From Balanoglossus misakiensis (taxonomy: Eukaryota; Animalia; Hemichordata): 64,000 nucleotides of DNA. The DNA is taken from assembly GCA_040954595.2 (NCBI GenBank), contig CM082597.2, positions 2,776,265-2,840,264 of the forward strand, in the 5' to 3' direction. The notes under the pieces are model-generated. The model saw only the letters and a program-made list of their open reading frames with translations, searched no databases and was not told where the DNA came from. The translations under genes were made by a program, and so were the position numbers. Position 1 is the stretch's first letter. Every line of letters begins with the position of its first letter. Positions 1-11,205 of this stretch are shown piece after piece.

Positions 1-3000
1 TAGACACAGATGTTATACAGGCCCACACAGCAACACTGAGCTGTTCAGTGCAAAACAAAGCGGGCACGGTACAATGGACGAAAGATGGCTTTGCTCTGGG
101 AGCCGCCCGCAGTCTGCCTGGATATGACAGATACCAGATGACTGGTGACGAGGGGAATGGGGAATATTCTCTGGAAATTACGGATGTCCAGTTGGAAGAT
201 GATGCTATGTATGTGTGTCAGGTCAGCGCACGGCTAGGAAGTCCTGCTATTGCTACAGCCCCAGCTCATCTGAATGTGCTTAGTAAGTATACATCCAAAT
301 GTTCATTCATTCATTCATTCATTCATTCATTCATTCATTCATTCATTCATTCACTTATTCACTCACTCACTCATTCATTCATTCATTCAATCTAATGTTA
401 GCAAAAGATATTTTCCAAATATTGTCCAAACTTGACTTTTGACCATCAAAATTTACAATACACTAAACAATCATCCAGTTAAGTCTTTTTAATGGAAACG
501 TTCAATGATAATCAGTCCTGAATAATCACAAGTACTGGAATTTTGAGTGAGTTTGAGGGCGTGAACCTCGGGTTCAGTTGTCCATTGTATTATTTACCGT
601 GGTAACCTCTTGTATACTGTTGCCATGGTGCTGATTTAATGGAGAACACAGTCAGTCTATCGCTGATAACACAAATAAGTGCTTATTTATAGATAGACAA
701 TCAGTAAAGGCTTTTCTAAATATTTATCAAAGTACTACATAAGCATATTGGTGTTCAGTGACTGGACAGTGTATATGTTAAATTTCAGAGGCCCTTTGGC
801 AGCTCAAGGGAATTATATACAGGGGTTTTGTTTGAGCCCTAAATGACACAAACTTTATACATTTTCTTTTTATTTCCAATTTCCATAGTGGCACCAGATC
901 CTCCCGCGATCAGTAACCACGACAACGGCACGGCGGTCACCACCCGCCCGCCGGCCACCGTCGTTCTGACGTGCCGCTGCGAAAACGGCAAACCGGCGCC
1001 GACGCTGACCTGGCTGCAGAACGACCAGGCCTTACACTACGAGCAGCCGACGTACGTCGTCGAGGCGGCTGGCGACGGGAAACGAGAACACGCGGTGAGC
1101 ACGCTGACACTTCACCCAGAGGAAGAAGACAATGGGAAGGAGTACAAATGTGTGGCGGAACACACAGCTTTGATGGGTGCTAAGTTGTTCACTTTGGTGA
1201 AACTCAGTGTACAGTGTAAGTTTTTAGGTCCCATTTGGCATATGTGTATATACCATTGGGACCTTATAATGGGATTGGTTGCATTTCTGTATGTCTGTCT
1301 GTCGATATGTATGTATGTATGTATGTATGTATGCATGTATGTATGTATGTATGTATGTATGTATGTATGTATGTATGTATGTATGTATGTATGTATGTAT
1401 GTATGTATGTATGTATGTATGTATATACGTCTGTCTGTCCACATCAAACACTTGAAAATCCCTGTGCATATCACCTTCTTGTAAATCTTATGCTGGGTAG
1501 TTTAGACTTATTCTGGACTATTATGTCTCATGCACAGTACTGCAGGCTGAGTTCTATGGAAATCTTTTGAAGATGTCACATGATATAATGTGCAATTATG
1601 TTTTATCATTGTGTAGTTGCTCCCAGTGCGCCTGCCATCACAGGTTACAACGAGGGCAGTACAATCCGATCTGGTGAAGATCTTATGCTGAGATGCACAG
1701 CAAAGGGTGGAAATCCACTTGCTCAGGTAAGCAAGCAGTACACATTGAAATATTGGGCATTTTAACAAGATACTGCTGTAATATTGTGGTTGTACATGAG
1801 TCTGACTCTGACACACATGACTTCATTTCAGGTGACTTGGTGGAGGAATGATGAACTCATCGACTTCTCCTACTCCACGGACGGCACTCAAGCCATCAAT
1901 GACCTGAGCATCAAAGTTGGCTACAACGACAACAATGCCAGGTTCATCTGTCGCGCTGAAAATGTTGTCACTCCCCAACCCATGGAAGCCTCCACTACTC
2001 TCACTGTTTACTGTAAGTCTATATTTTAAAGCTCCATTAGCTGTATATCTTTTCGCTTTGTTTTAAGCATTTTGTTTTATGTATCTACAGCAGTTTCTTG
2101 GGACATGATGAAATGTCCAGCATTGTAAAGCGCATATAGATTTATCATGTAATGCGCTATATAAGAAATAACAATTACTATTATTATTAAGCTAAATCAA
2201 CATGACATATATGTGCATAGTCAGCATTGTTATTGTGCCAAATTTGAATTCAAGTCCGGACTAGAATTCATTTGTCACCAATAACAATGGCCAGTATACA
2301 TATACAGCTAGGTTTAGGAGTACTGGGTTAGCATAAAATGCTATAGAACTCAAGAACATTTTTTGATCTTTTTCTTCTCATTCCGCAGTTACTCCTGAAA
2401 AGGTGAACATCACTGGATACGACCACGCGGTCAACGCGGGCGAACAAGTCACCCTGAAGTGCACCACAGCACAGAGTAACCCAGCAGCCTTCATCACCTG
2501 GTGGTCAGCGGGACGGCAGATCAAGACGCACGACGACATCGTGAATGCCGCGCCCAAGGGCGGCTTCATCACATCCCAGGAGTTGACCGTGAACTTGACT
2601 GCTCAGACGGACGAGGTGATTTACACCTGCCAAGCGACCAATGATGAGCTGCTGCTGACTGTCAGCGATTCTGTTACTGTCAGCGTTCAGTGTAAGTATA
2701 CATGTGTTTCATCTATAGACAGGGCCTAGGGATTCACCCCCTGTTAAGATGTTGGCACCCCCAGCAATTTGTCTTGAGGGGGGATTGACCAGTGCCCCTT
2801 AAAATGATGTCACTCACATATTGGAGATATTACATTCCACCTTTCCAGAGTGGAACCACCCCCCCCCCCCCCTCCAAAAAAAACAACTATCCTGTCAAAA
2901 GAGGATAAATTATCCTCCCTGTTGATAGTCCTGGGAAATGAGCTTTGATTGTGTGAACTCTTAATTGTGAACAACATACACTATATGATAGCAATGTTAA

Positions 3001-6000
3001 TGTGTTACTTTTCCCAGACCCTCCAAACCCACCACAGATCTCCAGCTCGGGTTACCGCCCCGGCGAGTTCGCCAAAGCCCGGGACCTCCTCCGAATGGTC
3101 TGCGCGTCGTCAGGCGGAAACCCCCTGGCAACGCTTCAGTGGACCAAAAATGGGGAACTTCGAGACGATGCCATTTACGACACCAGCGGCAACCTGGCCA
3201 CCAGCGAGCTGAGCATCATCACAGATCAGACGGACAACGGAGCGGTGTATACCTGCAGTGCCAGTAATCCAGCCACCACAACACCATTAACCACGAATGT
3301 AACTCTGTCTGTACATTGTAAGTATTAAGTACAGTCAAAACTGTCTATAGTGGCCAGTCATGCGACTTTCCGAAACTGGCCGTTATAGACAGGTGGTCTT
3401 TATAGACAGGTCAATTAATACATGTGTAAGTTACACAGGGACTGTAACATAGTGGCCACTATATAGAGGTGGTCACTAACACAGGTTTGACTGTATTATT
3501 GAATCTATTGCCCTAGTAATTTTAAGTATATCCTTATTTATTATATTGCATTAAACCATAATTTCTCATATTTTCTCTACAGTGAGTTGTTCTGTTCTCA
3601 AAATCGTATTAAAAATGCTAGCTGAGCTTAATTAATCTTCTTTCCATTACAGTTGTACCAACACATGTGCAGTTGGCCATTATACCCGAAACCTCCAGAG
3701 AAGACGACAAAGTCACCATAGAGTGCAAAACATCCAGCAGTAATCCAGCGTCTGTGATCTCGTGGTTCAGAGGAGGTGTTTTGCTTGATGGTTATGGTAA
3801 GCAGTGTAAAATTCATGTGCATTTAACGCTTTCACTCCCAGTTCCCTATTTAGAAGTCCAGCTTCACCATAGAAAACAGTGGGTTTGGACTGAACCATGG
3901 CGGTGAAAGGGTGAAGGCATTATCTTTTGAAATGCATTTGTGCATGAGCATTATATTACAGTGTCCTGGTTTTAAATTTAAATCACTAGATGTAATTTTT
4001 AATCTTCCCAATTAGTGAGAGCAAAGTACCCTTTATTCAATGATACTGTTGATAAAACACCAATTTCTTTTTGGTATTGCTTGTCAGGTGTTACGAACAC
4101 CTCAATCATAGACGCTGAAAATGGTGGATTCTCTACAATTGGTCATCTGAGTCTGGACCATGTTTCTGCGGCGGATGATGGGGAGACTTTTCTGTGCAGG
4201 GCCACCAATGAAGAACTCTCTGAGAGTACTAATGATGCTGTCACTCTGAGTGTTCAGTGTAAGTCTATTGGAAGAATGTCACTATACTATTGATTGATTG
4301 GTTGATTGATTGATTGATTGATTGATTGATTCGTTGATTGATTGATTGGTTGGTTGGTTGGTTGGTTGATTGATTGGTTGGTTGGGTGGTTGATTGATTG
4401 ACTGATTGATTGATTGATTGATTGATTGAGTGAGTGAGTGAGTGAGTGAGTGAGTGAGTGAGTGAGTGAGAAGAATGAGTCTGAGAGTACTAATGATGCT
4501 GTCACTCTGAGTGTTCAGTGTAAGTCTATTGGAAGAATGTCACTATACTATTGATTGATTGGTTGATTGATTGATTGATTGATTGATTCGTTGATTGATT
4601 CGTTGATTGATTGATTGGTTGGTTGGTTGGTTGGTTGATTGATTGGTTGGTTGGTTGGGTGGTTGATTGATTGACTGATTGATTGATTGATTGAGTGAGT
4701 GAGTGAGTGAGTGAGTGAGTGAGTGAGTGAGTGAGTGAGTGAGAAGAATGAGTCTGAGAGTACTAATGATGCTGTCACTCTGAGTGTTCAGTGTAAGTCT
4801 ATTGGAAGAATGTCACTATACTATTGATTGATTGGTTGATTGATTGATTGATTGATTGATTCGTTGATTGATTCGTTGATTGATTGATTGGTTGGTTGGT
4901 TGGTTGGTTGATTGATTGGTTGGTTGGGTGGTTGATTGATTGACTGATTGATTGATTGATTGATTGATTGAGTGAGTGAGTGAGTGAGTGAGTGAGTGAG
5001 TGAGTGAGAAGAATGAGTCTGAGAGTACTAATGATGCTGTCACTCTGAGTGTTCAGTGTAAGTCTATTGGAAGAATGTCACTATACTATTGATTGATTGG
5101 TTGATTGATTGATTGATTGATTGATTCGTTGATTGATTCGTTGATTGATTGATTGGTTGGTTGGTTGGTTGGTTGATTGATTGGTTGGTTGGGTGGTTGA
5201 TTGATTGACTGATTGATTGATTGATTGATTGAGTGAGTGAGTGAGTGAGTGAGTGAGTGAGTGAGTGAGTGAGTGAGTGAGTGAGTGAGTTGGGCTAGCT
5301 ATGATTGATTGGTTGATTGATTTATTGACTCATTGATTGATTGGTGAGTGAGTGAGTGAGTGGATGTATTGTATAAAATATAATCCATGGTTGAATCATA
5401 TTTATCTGGCAGATCCCCCTGTATTCCTGACCACGGACAACCAAACGCTGGACTCCCACGAGAAAATCGGCGACTTCCTCATCGACATCAAGCTGCGTGC
5501 CAATCCCAGCGATGTGACCTACGTGTGGCACAAAGATGGCAAACCCATCGACATTGCTCTCCACGACAAGTTCAGCGTCCCAGAAAACGGGTCGTTGATT
5601 ATTCACAACGTGACGAAGAACGAGGCCGGCAAGTACAGGTGCGAAGCCAGCAATGCTGAGGGGAAACGGACCTTGTTCACGGACTTGAATGTCTGGTGTA
5701 AGTTGCTGTTACTCAGTTTATCACAATTCCTGCATTACATACCGTACATGTAGTACACACATAGTTTTCGATGGTTTTCTACTGAATTGCTCATTGTTCA
5801 TATAACTACACTGTGGAAATATGAAATTACCAATGTACAACTTAATTCTGACAAAATGGATCGATTTAGTTTTGTCATGACTGGTTGAACTACCTTTGAA
5901 ATGTATCGAGTTATCGCATTGCATATTACTCACTGTCTCGCATACTGTACAAATACTGAAGTATAAGGTTATGTGATAGAATGCCATATAGTTATGCCAA

Positions 6001-9000
6001 TAGGTGGACAATAATAATCTCTCCTGTCTTTTTATATTCATATTTTTCTCATCATTAGTTGCCCCAGCAATCCAGATCGAAGACCAACAGATAGTCAGCA
6101 TGGGGAAGACAAGCCCTCTGGTCTGCTCTGCTGCGGCCAACCCCATGCCGGACAATTTCATTCACTGGACCCGCGAGGGCTACAACATCAGCATGTACCA
6201 GCAACACTACAGCCAGGGCAGTAGTACGCTGGTGTTGACAAACATCACCAAAGCACACGCTGGCCCGTACATCTGTCATGCTGATAATGGCATTGAACCA
6301 AAAGCCACCAAAGTGGTACAGGTTATTGCACAGTGTAAGTACACCACTACAAAATCCACAGCTTTCTGATAAAAAAAAATGCATCGTATTCTTGCTTATA
6401 ATGCCTCTGTTCTTCTCAGGATATTCTGATACATAAAACTAAGTAATAGTTATTTTAATTATTCAGTTATTTGTTTAAAACTTTCCTGTGTATTGACAAT
6501 AAATTATGACATCATTTGAACGTGCTTTATATTCTGTTGTAGACTTTTGTGAACATAGGGTTTTGATTGGATTGAAAGATCAGCATTTAATTATGTATGT
6601 CTATTTTCCCAGATGCTCCCAAGATTGACAAATCACCATCCAGAGGCAAAGTAGCCTCCAGTGCTGGGAAGAGAGCCGATTTGGTTTGTGCGGCAGAGGG
6701 CGCCCCAAGTGTCAACTTCAAGTGGTTCCGATACGGCAAAGAATTCAACTCAACCAAAGAGAGATATAACATAGAATTGTTCCACAAGACGTACTCTGTG
6801 TTCTACGAGAGTCGTCTGACAATTCATAATGTCGATGAGAAGGACGACTTTGGTTTGTTCGAGTGTAGGGCGTACAATGATCTGGGATCGGACACCTGGA
6901 ATATTAATCTAGAAAGCACAAGTAAGTTAACATACCAGTAGTCCTTGGCCAATTGTGTTGATCAGACCATGTATGATGGGAATTCCAAGCATATGAGAAG
7001 TCTAGATTTCAAGCCATTTAATCTGGCCATACCACAAACACTATGATCATAGTTCATACCTTTAAGAACATAATACTGCATGTACATGTACATGTACCAG
7101 TATATGAACTATGTTCATGCTTGGTGAAAGTTTCTCTTTCACCAAGTGATGTGATGTGATGTATTGTCGACTTGGAGAGCACACAGCACTAGCTTCATAT
7201 AGATACAATTTCTGGCTATACACAAAAAACCAAGTTTCCATGTCTCTTCCAGACGTTCCAGATGCAATCTCCGACCTGAGAGAAATCACCAAGACATACA
7301 CCTCAGTGACTCTGACCTGGACGCCCGGATTTAACGGCGGTCTGCCACAATCCTTCCACGTCCGATACAACATCCGCGGCTCCACCAACTACCTCTCGTC
7401 CGACGTCGTCCCCAACAACGCCACCAAGTTTGTCGTGGTAGGGCTGAGACCGAATACGAAATATGAATTCGACATCAGGGCCTCGAACGAGCTGGGATTT
7501 GGACCGTATGGAACAAGCCTGCTGTCAGTTACAACAGAGAGTAGGTGTTCAACCAGTCATACATTTGATTTGGGGTTATAAAGACTTCTGTTTATGACTT
7601 AAAATACAACGAACATAATTAGATTATTCTGTTAGCCGCTCATGTCTCCCATATTCCTCTGAACAATTATTTACACCAGAAATATATATTCTACACTTTT
7701 CTGACAGAAATTAATTTACATTGTCCATGAGTAAAAGTCACCAATAGTAACTACGGTATATTATCTCTCTTTTCATTGCAGGGGGGCCTATTGCTCCACC
7801 ACCGGAAGCCAAAAGTAAGTCCACCCTGGATTTCAACCCCTTTCACCCCTGGTTCTCTCTGTAGAGGTCTAACTTTACCATTGATAGAAAATTGTTACTG
7901 AGATTAACTAGTAGATATTGGCACATTATTGACCAACACTGGGGCAGTTTTAAGATGAGATTTGCATTCTGTAATTATGTGACGCTGACTAAACAAGCAC
8001 AACTTGTATCATCTGTACAATTACAATAGTATAAGTCATACCAGTGTTCAACAAATTTCTGATTATTTTTTTTCTCTCTGTCAGTATTACGTGTGGGTGA
8101 GATTCCATTCTATGTGATCATCATCGTGGTGTTTGTTGGTGCCCTGTGCTTACTGCTGAATTTGTGCCTGGTCTTTTGTTTGATTAGACGTCACAAAAGA
8201 AAGAAAGCAGGTAAGGTTGATTATTTCCCAGATTTTCATCTTGTCATCAGATGGGTTTGGACTGAGCCATAGTGGTAAAAGGGTTAAATGCATCGTTACA
8301 AATGAATCCATCATTTATTAATTTATTCTGTCAATTTTATCACAGCAACTAAGGCTGAAGAGGATAGACATAACATAGAGTTATACAAACCGTAAGTAGC
8401 TTTCATATCTACCATTTATTTCCTAGCTAAATTCGCTGTTAAATCTAATGTAGTCTAACAGAGTTTGGAGGAATGAAGCTGACAAGTTCATTGTGCAACT
8501 GCCCTAATAAAATATGCATCTGTCATATTCTTCACCCCACAACCAGGGCATCATCAAACACCTACGCCACCCAGCCAGGAATCGGTAACTATGACGACAT
8601 CGACTCCTACGAAAGTGAGTACGACAGGAGTGTGCTCGATTACCCACCACGAGGCCCTCCCCCCAGAGGAATGGGATTCTACAACGACGGATACCGCGTC
8701 GGACAGCCTGGACCGGGGTCCTACGACAGTTACGATGACCGCGTTGATGATCGGGATATGTATCGTGGAACCCCAGATTATGATTATTCAGGTAAATAAC
8801 TGTGTGTGCATTTTGACAATTTTAAATTCAGTAAAAAGGAGACAGTCACATTGTCCAGTAACCAATAACTGACTGTCGTTGTTGTTGTTGTTGTGGTGGT
8901 GATAAACCAAGACATTTAGTGTCAACAAATTTATTCTCTGTAGGAGAAGGCCCAGTACCTTTGCCACCCGTGCCTGAAGACAGATATGAAGGGGAGAGTC

Positions 9001-9360
9001 CACCAATGAGTGAAGAGGAAGAATATGCTGAGGAACTGAGACGAAGACAAGCTGACATGGTAAGTGATCGCTGCCATACAGATCTGTGTACACGTCGTTT
9101 ATCTTTTTCACAGTCTCTGTTCTCTGTCTTATTCTGTTTCTCACTGTCTGTCTGTTCCTCTCGCTCACAGTCGGTTTATCTCTCTTTCTCTATCTCTGTC
9201 TCTGTCTCTCTCTCTCTGCATTGGATTTTTTAAATCTCTTTCTCAACATTTCTTGTTTCACTTTCTTTCACAGCCCCTCACTCCAACCCCACCTAGCAGT
9301 ATGTATGCCTCACTGCCCAGAGAATCTATAGGCAACCCTATGGAAGGACAATTCGTTTAG
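1..9360 (+). CDS. NPHS1: Nephrin-like (NPHS1/Sns/Hibris/SYG-2 family) type I Ig-superfamily membrane protein, 5'-partial (signal peptide exon outside window)
   Basis: Spliced by eye with GT-AG sites and consistent phases: <1-282, 889-1215, 1617-1726, 1832-2012, 2389-2691, 3018-3317, 3653-3796, 4088-4258, 5413-5697, 6059-6334, 6613-6921, 7253-7540 (FN3), 7782-7814, 8085-8210 (TM, IIIVVFVGALCLLLNLCLVFCLI then RRHKRKK), 8346-8391, 8547-8791, 8944-9059, 9274-9360. Ig1 has GTVQWTKDGFALG; GGNPLA motifs in Ig3 and Ig5; Ig7 lacks the first Cys (LRANP); FN3 has WTPGFNGGLPQSF; tail has IELY and YDDI and ends EGQFV* (nephrin/Sns end GHLV). Confidence 0.9.
302..388. repeat. (TTCA)n microsatellite in nephrin intron
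   Basis: Direct reading of sequence. Confidence 0.95.
1306..1424. repeat. (TATG)n microsatellite in nephrin intron
   Basis: Direct reading; source of the spurious MYVC/HTYI ORFs. Confidence 0.95.
2120..2189 (+). mobile_element. Probable 3' tail of an L2/CR1-type LINE or SINE
   Basis: TGTAAAGCGCAT...ATGCGCTATATAA stem followed by a (TTA)n tail; a similar reversed tail lies near 54745-54780. Confidence 0.4.
3330..3495. mobile_element. Tc1/mariner-type MITE (TA-flanked)
   Basis: TA-CAGTCAAAACTGT...ACAGGTTTGACTG-TA terminal inverted repeats; second diverged copy at about 54826-55002. Confidence 0.75.
3823..3915 (+). mobile_element. ~95-bp piggyBac-type MITE (TTAA-CCC...GGG-TTAA family)
   Basis: Same family as 10346-10446, 28701-28793 and 56274-56339, with half copies at 7832-7893 and 8251-8287; consensus TIR TTAACCCTTTCACC / GGTGAAAGGGTTAA. 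Confidence 0.7.
4219..5290 (+). repeat. Four-copy tandem repeat (units 261/273/265 bp) of the last ~40 nt of a nephrin exon, its 5' splice site and GATT/GGTT/GAGT microsatellites
   Basis: TCTGAGAGTACTAATGATGCTGTCACTCTGAGTGTTCAGT|GTAAGTCTATTGGAAGAATGTCACTATACTA recurs at 4219, 4480, 4753 and 5018. Confidence 0.95.
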
Positions 9361-10345
9361 GACCCATTCCAGGAAAGATAACCAGGAAAGACCAGATATG
9401 ATTGAATTAAGGTAGCTTGTCGCGTTCACATGTGTATTTCCTTCGAAATACTCCCCACAAAATTGTTTTCAGATTCTGAGGCTCAGTTGATCTCCAGTTT
9501 ATGTGGGGCAACAGATATACTATTTAAACCAAAGTTTCCTAACTTCATAAAGTGGGGAACTAACCATCAAAATTAATTTGAATTCAAGGGGGAAAAAAGT
9601 AACTTGTGGGGGACAGTGTACACAAATATGAACGATCTGATAGTATATAGATATTGTACTAACCATAAAGTACTCATTCTTGTGTCTTGACTTGAGATTT
9701 AGATGAATTCCATTTGGTTTCATTGGTGGGGTCATATCTGTGTGCATTGAAATAGAATTCATTTAAAAGGGATAAAATGAATAAAGAATTGTTGGTCACT
9801 GTACAGCAATGTCGACTTGCACCATAATGTTAAAAACTGTCGACATTTTGTCAATTTGTAATTTGACAACAGATCAACACTAAGAAATCTTAAACATGCA
9901 TGTTTACTTTCTTGAAACCAATGTAATTATTCATTACTATATATATTATACCATGTATTTTAGCAACTTTTTTATGAATATTTTTTACAATTTCAATTTT
10001 TTTAGGAACTTTGATTAATGTAAATAAATTAACTTTAGGTAGAAGAAGTATATACAAATTTGATAACTTTGGAGACTTTTTAAAAATGTTCGTATCTTTT
10101 CATGTTCATGATTACTTTTATTTATACTACTGTAGTTTGTATTTTAGTCTAATTTTTGTAAGATGTTGGTACTTGTTGACAGATATTACAACCATTTTTA
10201 GCAGAGATACTTGCTTAGATTATACTTTCACTTATTTTGCAGCGCACATGTATTTTCAAAATGGAAGACGAAATTGTCCACTATTTTTGCTTTTGTGGTT
10301 ATTCCTCCAAGGCATCAAATCATCCATGATTTGGACTTGTATTTT

Positions 10346-10446
10346 TTAATCCTTTCACCACCAATAACCCATGGTTCAGTCCAAACCCATTGTTGTCTAT
10401 GGTAAGATTGGACTTCAACACTGGGAACTGGGGGTGAAAGGGTTAA
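10346..10446 (-). mobile_element. piggyBac-type MITE, TTAA at both ends
   Basis: TTAATCCTTTCACC...GGTGAAAGGGTTAA; reverse orientation of the 3823 and 28701 copies. Confidence 0.75.
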
Positions 10447-11205
10447 GATTCAAACTCTGACCTACCATTCTAATTCACATGCACTCTCCCTCTTCTGTCT
10501 TGAGCTAATCCTTGAAACATCCATGCACGTCGGGTAAACAGCCAACGCCCAAACCGTGCTCTGTACGCACAAGTGATAATCTGCAATATATTTGTTGCCA
10601 CCATTTTATTATTGACGATTGCAAGAGGTAGCACCACTTTGGAAAGTTTTATAAATATCTGTAAGTTCTGCTTATCAAGTATTGACTTCATTTTTTCTAC
10701 TGGTTATAGAAATTGCTTATATAGAAATATCTTAAAATATGTTCTAAAAAGTAAAATTGAAAATAAAAAAAAAAAAAAAACGTAATGTAATTTGGTATAC
10801 TTGTCTTTTTATTGTTAATGTTTAATAGTAAAATTACAATGATCTGGTATAAACGAAAACATTTTACACTAGAAATTAAAGAATTTTTAAATCAAACTGT
10901 TCAAAGAAAATTCAGCATGCCATCTTCTTACCATTGTACAAAGAAAAAAAATAATAAACCAAATAAAAATTAATTGTAGGTTTTTAAAGCTTTTCTAGAA
11001 ATAAAAGTTCATTTTTTTTCTATATGTTTGATTTCTTCTTAGCATGTGTGTGTACATTGCATGTGTGTGTTAAAGTTGAGAGACTGGTTGGCCAGCTTAC
11101 ATCATATGTCTAATTCACTCCCAGTGGCTCATGAAGCCAAAAAGTTTGTGTCATAGCTATGTGTCCATAGTCCATATCAAATAGTGATAAACACAGCAGT
11201 ACTAT

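Noticed and set aside
1112-1570. ORFs with HTYI/MYVC repeats
   Set aside because: Translations of the (TATG)n microsatellite.
4219-5290. CRISPR-like appearance (constant blocks separated by variable blocks) and minus-strand THSL/NQSI ORFs
   Set aside because: The spacers are microsatellites, the constant block is exon/donor sequence, there are no cas genes and the context is eukaryotic.
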